64,000 nt of DNA. It comes from the human T2T-CHM13v2.0 reference genome, Homo sapiens. The notes under the pieces were generated by a model, which saw only the letters and a list, made by a program, of their open reading frames with translations, ran no database searches and was not told where the DNA came from. The translations under genes and the position numbers were made by a program. Numbering within the stretch: the first letter of the stretch is position 1; the number at the start of each line of letters is the position of its first letter. The stretch lies in NCBI RefSeq assembly GCF_009914755.1, contig NC_060939.1; one strand, written 5' to 3'. Shown in pieces: positions 29,295-45,433 of this stretch.

Positions 29295-29545
29295 CGATCA
29301 AACCATGCATGGCCCTGCCTGCATGTGGGAATCCTCATCCAAGTCATACTTTCTAAACATCATAAAAAGCCCAAACCAGTCTCCTTTCCTGGCTCTCTCA
29401 AGTCATTTTCAGACCAGGTTAGGAGACGTGAGCTGCTCTCCACAAAAAGCCTCATGTGAGTAATAAATGTTTCATACTCTCTTGGGGTGTGTGTAACATC
29501 ATCAGTCTCAGCATCTAAACCAAATTTTGGTGACATTTCATCTTG
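29295..29545 (+). mobile_element. ERV LTR-like fragment
   Basis: cataaaaa TATA-like, aataaa and GT-rich LTR-style 3' half; family not assigned. Confidence 0.4.
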
Positions 29546-29559
29546 TTTATGCAGATGTC

Positions 29560-31212
<1,653 letters not shown>

Positions 31213-31214
31213 CA

Positions 31215-31500
31215 GGCTGGGCATGGTGGTTCATGCCCATAATCCCAGCACTTTGGGAAGTTGAGGCAGAAGGATCACTTGAGCACAGGAGTTTGAGACC
31301 AGCCTGGACGATATAGTGAGACCTTGTCTCTACTAAAAATTTAAAAAGGAATTAGCCAGGTGTGGTAACATGCACCTGTTGTCCCAGCTACTTAGGAGGC
31401 TGAGGCATGAGGATCACTTGAGCCCAGAAGATTGTACCACTGCACTCCAGCCTACATGACAGAGTAAGTCTCTGTCTCAAAAACAAAACAAACAACAAAA
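31215..31500 (+). mobile_element. AluJ-like
   Basis: ggatcacttgagc in both arms; no TSD seen. Confidence 0.9.
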
Positions 31501-31502
31501 AT

Positions 31503-31705
31503 ACTGAAAGCTTTCCCCATACAGGAACTAACAGGATATCTGCTGTCACTATTTTTATTCAATATTGTTCTGGAGGTTCTAGCTAGGGCAATTAGGCAAA
31601 AAAAGGAAAAAGAAGTCATCCAGATTAGAAAAGAAATAAAATAATTTCAATTTTCAGATGACATAATATTGTATGTAGAAATCCTAAGGAATTTACAAAA
31701 GAACT
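31503..31705 (+). repeat. Local direct duplicate of 30520-30766
   Basis: Near-identical L1-derived segment sharing non-consensus bases (ggaactaacaggatatctgctgtcactattt). Confidence 0.9.
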
Positions 31706-32099
31706 GCTACCCTGAAAGAATTGTTGTAAGGCAAATACCCCTGTAATTACCATTAGGGGAAGAAATTTTTCCATGCTTCACAGAAACTCTCCTTATACCC
31801 CACCTCAATTTTAATCTTTTTCTGTACCACTACAGTTATAATTCTCCTAAAGCTTAAAGCAATTACCTCCTTGTTTATATTTATAGTTTCATCACTGAAG
31901 TGTGCATTCCTAAACTCAACACCTTAGTCTGGTTGCAAACAGTTTAAATGAGAAAAGATAAGGCCTGAATTAAGGCAGCAGCCCTAAACCTTTTTCTATA
32001 ATCCTGATAGTGATTACCACCTAGGGGATTATAAATGTTTGCTTCTTCCTCTGGCACCAACAAGTTTACTGAGCAGAAGTTTAAAATAATTGGATAATG

Positions 32100-33295
32100 G
32101 GGCAGGTGACATCAGCAAGATGTTGTATTAGCAAATGCTGGACCCTTCTTCAATCCACAAACACATCTATTCTGCAAAAATTCATGGCTAAATTCCTTTG
32201 TGAGGAATCCAGAAACTAAAAGGCTCCTGCACTCCCAGCAAATGCAAAAACCAGACTCACCAAAGCTGGTAGAGAGATTTGAGATACCACCTTGTCCGAA
32301 TCCCTAACCCCAGCACAGTGCCATGTAGTCAGCAAGAGACTCCCTAGCACTCAGTTTCTCCCAGGTGAGAGGAGTTGGTTCACATATCCAAGACCTCCAA
32401 CTTTTCTGAGGAGATTCCCAGAGGACTGGCTTCTATCTTGTCAGTCTTGGAGCTCTGACAGAATTGGTACTATCTAGCTACCTGGGGAAGGACAGAGACA
32501 GAGGTTTAGACCAGTAGATGACATGGCACCCTGCCCTCTACTGCCTCACCTCCTGGCTCAGCACAGACAGGACAAAAATCATGGCTACCTACATTTCCCT
32601 GGAGAAGGAATGATTTGTTAAAGGCCCCCAAATCACTGGGCAGACTTATTGGTGGGGGTCTTCTCCTCTGAGGCCCAGCTGTGAGGACTGGGACAGGTGA
32701 CTGCTTTGTCTAATGTGCAGACACCAACACAAAGAGTCAAGGAAAATGAATAATCATACGAAGATGTTCCAAACCAAAGAACAAGATAAATCTCTGGAAA
32801 CTGAGCTAATGAAATAAACTTATGTGATTTACCTGACAGAGAATTCAGAATAGCTCTCATAAAGATTCTCACCAGAGTCAAGAGAACAATGCATGAAAAA
32901 AGTTAAGAATTTTGACAAAGAGATAGAGTATATTTAAAGGTACCAAAAAGAAATGGAACTGAAGAACACAACAACTGAACTGAAAAAATTTATGACAGGA
33001 CATCAACAGGAGACAAGATTAATCAGAAGAAAGAATCAATGAACTTGAAGACAGGTCATTGGAAATAATTCAGTTAGAGGAGAAATTAAAATGAAAAAGA
33101 GTGAAAAAAAGCCCAAGGGTCTTATGGGCAACATCAAGCTGAACAATATACTCATTATTGGCATCACAGAATAAAAGAGAGAAAAGAACTGAGAACGTAT
33201 TCAAAGAAATAATGGCTGAACACTTCCCAAATATGAGGAAGAAAATGAACATTCTGATCCAAGAAGCCCAAAGGTCATAAAAAAGTGATCCCAAA
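32100..33295 (+). mobile_element. Old L1M 5'UTR/ORF1 fragment, 3'-truncated
   Basis: gacatcagcaagatg start; ORF1-like gatttacctgacagagaattca, gaagaaagaatcaatgaacttgaagacagg, gaaataatggctgaa. Confidence 0.75.
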
Positions 33296-33485
33296 GCCTA
33301 CAGGCATATTATAAGTTGTCATCCTAGAGAAAGAAAAATATCTTTCTCCCAGCCTCCATATTCAAATCTTAAGGAAAATTCTTATGGACTTAGCTTGAGT
33401 TTCAAGTTCATTTCTAAAATCAATCATGGTGGCCAAACGGAATGAGCATTCTGATTTGCCAGTGTGGTCTCATGTTACCCCTGTG
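33296..33485 (-). repeat. Inverted duplicate of 35620-35811 (MaLR-derived)
   Basis: Reverse complement aligns over about 190 bp at roughly 85% identity by eye. Confidence 0.9.
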
Positions 33486-33889
33486 CCTAGAAAGGAAACA
33501 GGAGATGAAAAGCATGGTGATAAGAAGACTGGATGGCACCACATGGGATAGGGGGAAAGTAGTTGAAAAAAAATAGTTGTAAGGAAAAGAGATACAAGGA
33601 GTCAAAAATAACAAATATCTACTTAAAAGCCTTTTCCACATTTAATGTTTTTTGTTCACTGTGGTGTAGTAATAAATGTCTATACTTAAGGGGTGAGGAT
33701 TGATATATTTAAAGTGAATGGTCTGGAAGGCAAGGAAGCTCATTCCAACAGATTCATGCTACATTGTTTAGTGACAAATAAGGGGAACAGAACAGAGAAA
33801 GTGATTTCAGCTATAAATATAGGAGATAATAAAATCCTTTAGTAAACAGTATCTAAGCCTTGTTTTTATGATATTGGGGAACAGTAACA

Positions 33890-34930
33890 GATCAAAGTAC
33901 TGTAGTCTTCAGTATGCAGACCTTTCACTTTCTTAGTTTATTCCAGGGTCTTTTTTTTTTTTGCTGCTATTACAAATAGCATTGTTTTCCTAATTTTTGT
34001 TTAAGATAGTTCATCGTTGGTATAGAAATGCCATTGATTTTTGTATGTTGATTTTGTATCCTCCAACTTTACTGAATTTATTAGTTCTAACAGTTTTTTG
34101 ATGGAGTCTTTAGGGTTTTCTATGTATAAGATTATGTCATCTGCAAACAGCAACAATTTTACCCTTTGTTTTCAACGTGAGCGTCTTTTATTTATTTTTC
34201 TTGCCTAATTGCTTTAGCTAGGACTTCCAGCACTAAATTGAATAGAAGTGATGAGAGTGGGCATGTATGCCTTGTTTCTGGTCTTAAAGAAAAACATTTC
34301 AGTTTTCCATTATTCGGTATAATGTTAGTTATGGGTTTTTAAAAATATATATGGCCTTTATTAGGTTGAGGTACTTTTCCTCTATTCTTAGTTTATTGAA
34401 TGTTTTTCTCATGAAAGTGTGTTAAATTTTGTCAAAACCTTTTTTACATCCATCAAATGATTATGTAATTTTTATCCTTTATTCTGTTAATGGATTATCA
34501 CATTAACTAATTTTCATATCTTGAAGCATACTTGCATCCTAGGAATAAATCCCACTTTGTCATAGTCTTTGATCCTTTTAATATAATGTTAAATTTGGTT
34601 TGCCAGTATTTTGTTGAGGATTTTTGCATCTATATATTCATCAAGGATATTGGGCTGTAATTTTCTTTTCTTGTGGTGTCTTTGTCCGGCTTTAGTATAA
34701 AGGTAATTCTGGCTTCATAAAATAAGTTAGAAAGTGTTCTCTCTTCTTTGATTTTTTTGGAAGAGTTTGAGAATAATTGGCATTAGTTTTGTTAAATGTT
34801 TGGTTGAATTCACTAGTGAAATTATTTGGTCCTGGGATTTTCTTTACTGGGAGTTTTTTGATTACTTGTTCAATCTTTACGCTAGTCATAGGTCTGTCCA
34901 GTCTTTGTATTTCTTCATGATTTAGTCATC
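33890..34930 (-). mobile_element. L1M ORF2, inverted segment
   Basis: Antisense ORF2 RT region (attatgtcatctgcaaacag). Confidence 0.85.
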
Positions 34931-35612
34931 ATGTATTCATGGGTTGTAAGACTTAATATTCTTAAAATGCCCATATTACCCAAAGTGATCTATAGATTCA
35001 TGCAATCCCCATCAAAAATCCCAGTGGCATTTTTATTTACAGAAATAGAATAATTCTAAAATTCATCTGAAGCCACAAAAGACAATGAATAAACAAATCA
35101 ATCTTGAAAAAGAAGAACAAAGCTGGAGGCATTATACTTCCTGATTTCAAAATATCCTGCAAAGGTACAGTAATCAAAACAGTATGTTACCAGCATAAAG
35201 ACAAACACACAGACCAATAGAACAGAATAGAGAGCTCAGCAACAAATCCGTGAATATACAGTCAACTGACATTTGGCAATGGTGCCAAGCATACTCAGTG
35301 GGAGAAATGATAATCTCTTCAACAAATGGTGTTGGGAAAACTGAATATCCACATGCAAAAGAATAAAATTGGACCCTATCTTATACCAAAAATCAACTCA
35401 AAATGGATTATTTAAATGTAAGACTTGAAACAGTAAAACTCCTAGAAGTAAACAGAAGAGAAAGTTTCATGACATTGCCCTTGGCAATGATTTCATGTAC
35501 ATAACAACAAAAGCACAGGTAATAAAAACAAAAATAGACAAATGGGACTACCTCAAATTAAAATGTTTCTGCACAGCAAACGACCAACTGAATGAAAAGG
35601 CAATCTATGGAA
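34931..35612 (+). mobile_element. L1M ORF2, sense segment lacking its 3' end
   Basis: Continues in L1 coordinates from the far end of the inverted segment; stops abruptly at aaaaggcaatctatggaa. Confidence 0.85.
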
Positions 35613-35975
35613 GAGAAGACACGGGGTGACATGAGACCACTTTGGCAAATCAGAATGCTCATTCCATTTGGCCACCATGATTGGTTTTAGAAATGGACTT
35701 GAAGCTCAAAGAAAGCCCATAATATATTCCTTAAGATTTGAATATAGAGGCTGGAAGAAAGATTTTTTTCTTTCTCTAGGATGACAAGTTATATATAATA
35801 AGCCTGTAGGCCAATATCTGCTGGCAGCCACCTTTCCCAGGTATATGGATGAAACTATCTGAAGGATGAAGCCTCCATTCACAGAAAATCAGAGCTGTAA
35901 AGGGAAGAGGATATCCTGATGAATTTTTTTCTTGGATTGAGCCATGTCTGAAGTCAAGCCAACTTTTGAAGTATC

Positions 35976-36700
35976 CTATAGTACTTATATATTGCTTGGT
36001 AACAAATTATGCCAAAATTTAGTAGCTTAAAACAACAAACATCTATTATCTCATGCATTTCTGATATAGATATAGGAGTGACTAATCTGGGTGGTTCTGG
36101 GTCAGAATCTCTGGTGAGTGTGTAGGCAAGGTGTCAGTAGGGGGCTGCAATTATCTAAAGGCTTGCCTGGGGCTGGAGACGCACTTTCAATGTGGTGTAC
36201 TCACGTGGCTGTTGGTTGGAGGCCAAATGTGCTAGGCAAAGCCTCATGCACATTTCTCTGTAAGGAAACAAAGCTGGCTTACTTGGGGGCAGGATTTTTT
36301 TTTTTCCCAGTTGTTCTTCAAAATGAAGTTTCCCGCTCCAAGTCCCAGCCAGATATGTGAAAAACAATCCTTGCAGAACAACCCTATTAGCAGTTCTGCA
36401 AGGATTTTTAGGAACCCTATTAGCAAGTTCCTCAGTTCCTCACCATGTGAACCTCTCTTCACGACTTAGTAACTGGCTTCCTCTAGAGTGACTAATCCAA
36501 GAGACAGCAAGGATTGACAGCCATGACAGCACAGTGCCTTTCATGACTTACTCTCCAAAGTTACAAACCTTTACTTTTGCTTTATCTTATTTGTTAGAGC
36601 AAGTCACTAAATTTGCCCACATCTAAGATGAGGGTATTTGGGCTTCACCTCTTGAATGGAGAAGCACCCAAAAATCTGTGGCCTTTTTTTTTAATTACAC
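35976..36700 (-). mobile_element. MLT1 (F/G/H-like) LTR carrying a templated insertion
   Basis: gtaacaaattatgccaaaatttagtagcttaaaacaacaa...ggctgttggttggaggcc | tcagttcctcaccatgtg. Confidence 0.7.
36229..36392 (+). repeat. Dispersed direct copy of 40973-41132
   Basis: About 160 bp of non-TE-looking sequence, about 95% identical by eye. Confidence 0.95.
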
Positions 36701-36821
36701 TCTCAGTTACATGAATCAATAAATTCCATTTTTGGCTTAGCTTCTATTGGGTTTCTATCACTTGCAACCAAAGTGCCCTAACCAGTATCTACATCTGAGT
36801 CATTAAGAAAGTTTCAGACAG

Positions 36822-37134
<313 letters not shown>

Positions 37135-37213
37135 TTATTGTTTATTGCTTTTAATCTAGTGAATTCATAAATCGTCACTTAACTCAAGCAAAACAATGTT
37201 ACTCTCTTTGTAC

Positions 37214-37263
37214 ATTGTACAGATGCAGGATAACAATGCAGTGTTATCCTGCATCTGTACAAT
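37214..37263. repeat. Perfect 22-bp inverted repeat with 6-nt loop
   Basis: attgtacagatgcaggataaca-atgcag-tgttatcctgcatctgtacaat. Confidence 0.97.
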
Positions 37264-37615
37264 CAAGCACCCAAACTGGTTCTGTAGAGGCAGGACCTTA
37301 GCATATAGCAGAGATAACTTATCTTCCAGCAGATCCGGAGCTCCATTTTGTAGACAGAAATGAATGCTCTGTGCCACAGAAGGAGCTGTTGCACTATTCA
37401 TTCCCGTTTCCTCCCATTCACTCTCCACATCTCCAATCCTGGCATTGTCTGCTTTGTTACTTGTTAAAAACTTGATTTCGTAGATTGCTTTAAAATAAGA
37501 ACAAAATGTACTTTGACACACATCATTTTGTTTGGTTCTCATTAATTTTGAGAGAAAGGCAAGATAGATATTTAAATGACCCCTATTTTAGTGGTAAACA
37601 AGCTGAAATTAGATA

Positions 37616-37621
37616 AATAAA
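37616..37621 (+). terminator. GREM1: Candidate distal GREM1 poly(A) signal
   Basis: AATAAA with T-rich downstream sequence; position agrees with my unverified recollection of a roughly 14-kb GREM1 mRNA annotation. Confidence 0.35.
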
Positions 37622-39836
37622 ATGATTTGCCTAATGCCTCATGAGTGATTTGCTTTCTTTTAAATACTTTAGGAGAATGTTTGGGGATTAAGTCTCAAGA
37701 TAATAAGGGCAAGTCAGAAAATACAACTTACCTGTCTTTTCTTTTCAAAACTTTTTTGAGAGAAGGATATAATGCGTGGAGTTCAGAAAACCCATAATTT
37801 GTATAGCATTGATGTAGCCCATTCACAATCTAGGATTTTTGATATACGTGAGCAGTCATGGTGGAGTGGGTCAGACCAGGCATGGCTCAGCTTCGTACTT
37901 CAGGCCACACTGTTCAATCTGTTCACTTGATCCACATGCTAGGATGTGAGAATTTTTCTCTTACATCCTTTTGCTGGAGCCATTTTGGCTGTGCTTATGG
38001 TAGTGACAGAGTTTCAAAGAAGAAGAGCCCATAATGTCTCCCAGGCATACTACAAAGGAAATATAAGTCATCAAATAGTTGAATCTGGATCTGGGCCAGG
38101 ATAACTCGACTCTTCTTATAGAAGGTGCCATGGGATCTATAGTGATGGCAGGTGATGGAAGAAGTGGGTCCCCTCAGCTTTATGTCTTGTCTGAAAGATG
38201 ATAACCATGCTAATAAATTTAGTGCCACATTCTTTACAGTGTGCTCATCCGACCCCTAGAACAAGGCCATAAACCATAATGGAGTCCATGATGCTTTCAA
38301 TTATTAGACATTCATTTCTGCTTTTCACTTTCTTTCTCTTCTGCCAAAATTTGGCTTTATTGATTACACTTTATGGAAGGATGGAAGAGGGCAGGGGTAG
38401 AAAAAAGGCCCACTTTTTAGAAATCTGAGAAGAATTATATGTCTGTCAAAATAAAATCCCGGCTCTCTAATGGAGGAATACAAAACATTTTTGCTATTGT
38501 ATCTACCATAAATACACAGATATAATGAGCAGAGCCTGGTTGGGGGCATTCTTGAGTCTTTTCAGAGCCACAGGTTATTTTATGTTAACACCCTCATTAA
38601 GAAAATCATTAAGTTTTTCTTTTAGTAGTTAGTAGTGAGGATATGTACAACCCCACTTCTGGCTTTTTTTTGAGAGCAGGAAGGCATACAGAAAAGTTTA
38701 TGGAATGTGGCATTGAGCTCCAGAGAGAGGCTCTGTTTGTCAAGGAAAAAGGGAACAGAATAGAGGTGGGTGTTAAAGAATATTTTATTTGGATTTCTTG
38801 CCCTGATACTTGACACCGAAAACTTGCCGTTCCAGTTGTTGGAAGGAAGACTGGAAGAGCTATTTTATTCCCTGCTGGTCTATTCTTTTGTATTTTATTA
38901 AACATTTTAACTAGTCACCTCCTTTCCAGACACACTGTTAACAATTGAATGCCACATCCATACCAAATTCTCACCCATGACTCAAGGGAAGCTGGACACT
39001 ATTCTCAAAATAGAAGTAACGAGCCATTAGTGGTGATGAAATACTAGATGGAAAAATCTCAATTCCAACTCCCTCCAGGAACTGAAGACTCTAAAATATT
39101 CTTCTACCCTGAAACCTGTCTTGCAATCAAATTAAGATCTCCTCACTAATTTTTACCTCTCACCTGAGATTCCTTGTATTTGTGAATGAAAGTCTTTCAT
39201 CAGCAATAAAGGGTATGCTTAGTGAATAATGAATTAAGATTGTGGAAGAGAATCATGTCTTTTGGAGAAGACGATCAGTCTAGGATGATGCAAAATCTCT
39301 TGGTGATTTTTCTTTTTTTAACTTTTGGCTGGCAGTGAAAGTTTTCCCTGAAAGATTAAGGTAGGTGAAAATAGGTGAGGAGAGGAAAAGGCTGAGGTAG
39401 TAAGTAAAGAGACAATTTTGATTTGTTTTGTAAGTTTCCAGAAGGTCCCTAGGCAAGTAGAGAACCAAAATCAGTAGAAGGAAATTGCAATGGAAGGGAA
39501 ATATACAAGTGGGACTGAGCAGCATAGCAATTTGTGAAGCCCTTTAATAGAAACCTTATCCACTATATTGGAGAATGAGTGAACCATGTCAGTAGTCAAA
39601 GAATGCTGCCAAGAGCTCTATGTGATATTCTAAATACAGAATCCATATTGCCATTGTCTGCATTCCTTTCTAGACTTTTTGGAGTGAGGAATTAGTGAGC
39701 GTTGTAATGAGGAAGTACTGAGTAATTGGAAAATATTGTTAATTGTGGCGCTTCCTTCTTTGATTGCTGTCTCTGAAACAGTCTGAAAAAATAATCCTAT
39801 CCTGCGTTTTTGCGATTTGTTCATTATAACAAATGA

Positions 39837-40262
<426 letters not shown>

Positions 40263-41362
40263 TGACCTTGCTTTCAAAGCTTCCATTAGAAAAAAATGTA
40301 TGGTAAGACAAATCTATGTTTTTATAACCAAAATGGGAGAAAGGAAGCACACAAGTTTTCAACTACGTATTTGGTGACTCAGTCTCACATTGTGATTTGG
40401 GCAAAAACAGAGTCAAATAATCTAACACGGATGTGTCTCCTCAACTAAGTTAGCTTTGCAAACCAGAAAGTTCTAGCTTTGGGGGATGGGCCTATACAGG
40501 AGGGGTCAGTGGACGGGGCCATGTGACGACAACATGGCCGTGGCTTTGGGTTCTTGAAGCACTCACAGATGACCAAAGAGGCACAGGAACAAACTCATCA
40601 GTACATTTTTATGTGATCCTGTAGAGCTTGTTTCTTTTTGAGAGTGTCGGGAGGTTTGGCTGATTCACCCAATATGCCTCAAGTGGGAGCTGAAAAAGCC
40701 ATGTTCTCTAGACACCAAAAATGAGAGTGGATGAATTCAGCAATTGGTAGGTAACATGATCTGCCTTTTGTAGCAAGCCAGAAGCCAGATGTCCCCTCCC
40801 CTTTGATCTGAATAACACTTTAGGCTGCAGACAATAAGATTGGTTTTAAATTTATTGTCTCTTTGATTTCTGCATTCTAATGCTTTTTAAATTCTTTACA
40901 CAAGACAGGGCTATATATAGGCAACTGGGATGGTTCAATGGAAGCCAAAAAAATACCAGTAGCTTATGAGAAGTGCTAGGCAAAGTCTCATGCACATTTC
41001 TCTGTAAGGAAACAAAGTTGGCTTACTTGGGGGCAGGATTTTTTTTTTTCCAGTTCTTCAAAATGAAGTTTCCCGCTCCAAGTCCCAGCCAGATATGTGA
41101 AAAAAAATCCTCGCAGAACAACCCTATTAGCAAAGCAGTAAAGCAGAAGAATCTGATTTAAATGAAATACACCAAATCAGAATGTCTTCCTTCTCTAAGT
41201 CCTCTATGACTTTCATCCCAGTTAAAGTTTTATTCCTGTCCTTGTTGATGCAGCCTGTGTCGGGCAATCAGATGACGAGGCCAAGAGTTTGATTTCATTC
41301 ATTCTGTTGATGGTGAAGATGCAAATATCTGAACCCAATCTCATCCCATTGACAGAAGGTAA

Positions 41363-41674
<312 letters not shown>

Positions 41675-41809
41675 TCCTTTAATTAATCTTCAGTGAATAC
41701 TACTGATGAGGCATTCAACTGAATCTGTAAAAACATTTGGCCACGATTTTGCCCTCAAGTGGATCAAACCACGGACAATTGCCCCAAGATGTGAGCCTGC
41801 TCTAGAGAA

Positions 41810-42526
<717 letters not shown>

Positions 42527-43904
42527 TGAGGACCAGAGGTTTTGTCTGTAAGAAGCGTTTGCAAACACATGCTGCCATTACAGCACAATTCTGATTCTTC
42601 TCCTCAGGAATCCCCTATGAACTTCTAGTGGAAAGACAAGCCATGAAAGCAGTCATTGAGGTGAGGACTGAAAAAACAAACAGCAAAGGCTGATTTTATT
42701 TTTTTCTGTGCCAGTGGTGCAGCTCACCTTTGCAGCATGAAAGCAGAGTTCGGTGTGCCCCTTTGTGTCAACACATCTATCAGATTTTCCAGTCAGTTTT
42801 CAATCAATTCCTTGGATATCAGGTATTAGGCCATAAAGCATTTCTTTCCACTTTATGGTTCTAAAATATAAACTATGGCCACAGCTGAAGCTTTTAAGTC
42901 TGATGGGGATGGCTCCCAAGAGAGGCTCTTCAGAAGCCTAAATAATAGTCTGAAGTGGGTATAAATTTGGGAGGAAACACAGACCCTCACTGCACTGACA
43001 CTCAAGTCTCCCTAGGATATTTTCTTAGTGCTCACAAAGGACTCCCCTAGAGGTTTTGAAGAAATATGAAGAAACTATAAGACCCAATCTGTATACCCAA
43101 GGGTATTACAGACAATATGGTAGCAAAAGCACTTAAAAAAGATCTGTGAAGTCAGCACCTGCAACAATCTATCTGAACAACTCTACATGGAGATATACTC
43201 ACACACAGTGGTGGAAGTGCAGATGTGGCTGGATTTGCTCATGTTTTGAATAGAGGTCTCTTAAAATGACTGTTTCAAGGTGTCCTTTCAGACCTGGGGG
43301 TTACCTGCTTCTTCTCTATATTTTTCTGCTTTTCAGAAAAATTCATCCTATCTGAATGAAGACTTTCAATATGTGGAATGAATGCCATACAGGTTCTGAC
43401 TACATGATCAAAATTACTTATGTAACTTTGGGCCTGAGAAAGAATTGTACAGGGGACTACAGGATTTTATCCTAAAGGACCAGAATCCCTCTTTTTATTC
43501 ACTTCCTGAGAATGAGCATGATTTCTTAGTTCAAATACACAGGCTGTCCCTCTGACTCCCAATCACCCAGATGGAAATGAGTGGTGTCAGTGCTGTGTGC
43601 AGGAAGCAGGATGGTACTTTAGACTCTGTGTGCAGGAGAGATGGCCGTAGTAACAAATTTATGTGGGTCTGGCCTTTCAATCCTGGAATTCAAATGCGCA
43701 TGAGGTTGCAAAGGGGCCTGGAAATTCAATTGCCATCCCTTGACCTAGCCCAAAGCAAAACATGAAGAAGGTAACCAGGAGACATCACTGTAAATTGAAA
43801 TCATCTGGTGTACATAGCATAGGGATATATAAACATGAAGTTTAAAGCATACAGAATTCTCCAGTGCCACTATCTTATAGGGTATGACATTTGTTCTTTC
43901 TAAA

Positions 43905-44030
43905 GTGCTACTGATATAATTTGATTCTTATAACTTTGTGAAGTAGGGAGGTGAATGTACATTTGGCAGATTGAGAAACCAAGATTTTAAAAGGTCAAGC
44001 GACTTGCCTAAAGTCATAAATGAGAGCTAT
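43905..44030 (-). mobile_element. MIR fragment
   Basis: cagattgagaaaccaagat...aggtcaagcgacttgcctaaagtca. Confidence 0.55.
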
Positions 44031-44061
44031 GACAGTACCCCAACCTTCCAATGCCCTAGGA

Positions 44062-44175
44062 TCTTTTTCTTTCTTTCCTTCCTTCATTCCTTCCCTCCTT
44101 CCTCTCTTTCTTTCTTTTTTCTCTCTCTCTCTCCTTCCTTCCTTCATTCCTTCCTTTCTTCCTTATTTTTTTTCC
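44062..44175. repeat. CT-rich simple repeat
   Basis: (TTCC)n/(TTTC)n. Confidence 0.9.
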
Positions 44176-44404
44176 CCGCATAATTTGATCTGCATTAGCC
44201 TCCAAAACTCCTTGGATTGGAATAAAATATGGCTCCTGTATTTTGTTTTGTTTTGGTCCTTTAAAAAATGTCCTTTCTTTATCATGCTTTATCATATATA
44301 TACAGAAAAAGACACAAAATGAAGCAGAGCTTATTGAATTATTTTCAAAGACTTTTGTAACATCGCCAGCACGGTGGAGGTCCTTTGAGTGTACTGAGCC
44401 AGGA

Positions 44405-44560
44405 GGGCTTCATGGACATGAGACAGGATCCTGTGCTTAGCAGACCTCACACCTTGGTTAGTGTTCTACTGAAACTGTTTTAAAATTCCTAATAATTTAT
44501 GAACAAGGAATCTTATATATTCATTTTGCACTGGGCCTGTCCAATTATGTACCCAGTCAT
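44405..44560 (+). mobile_element. MER91-like hAT DNA transposon
   Basis: aaattcctaataattt..gaacaagg...ttcattttgcactgggcctg..aattatgta. Confidence 0.6.
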
Positions 44561-45164
44561 GCTCCTACCCAATCACATCTCCTTCTCCCTCACAAATACC
44601 CATTATCCTAACTTTCACGGGTCCCTTTTTTGCTCTTCTGTATAGTTTTATCACCTCGGTATGCATATCTGCACATTATAGTTTACCTGTCAGAATTTTC
44701 TGTAAATGGAATTGCATGGCATATTATCTTGTGTGTCAACCTTGTTGGTGAGATTCAACCATTTGTTATTTGCACTTGTCTCATTCCTGTATAACATTTT
44801 CATCTGTGAGTATATCATAATTTTAAAAATATATTCTATTTTTGATGGAAATTTGAGAGATTTCTAGTTTTGGCTATTATGAATAAGGTTGTTATAAAAA
44901 TTGTTGTATGTGTATCTCCGTACCAAAGTGCATCTGCTCCCATTGAGCATTTTACCTGTGAGTGGAATTTTGCTAGGTTATAAGGTGTGTGTTTGCTCAG
45001 CTTTATGGATAATGCCAAGTGTTTTCCAAAGTCATTGTCTCAATTTACACTCCCTCCAACAGCATCAGAGGATTTTCTTGTGCCACATTTTCACCAACGC
45101 TGGATGTTGTTGGTTCTTTCAATTTCAACCATTCCAGTGGGTGTGTATTAAATCACACTAATAA

Positions 45165-45433
<269 letters not shown>

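Larger units (their letters stand above)
35620..36790 (+). mobile_element. Old MaLR LTR (MLT1I/J/K-like), interrupted by a second MLT1
   Basis: gctggcagccac...gagccatgtctgaag and terminal cagttacatgaatcaataaattcc...gggtttctatcacttgcaaccaaag. Confidence 0.6.
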
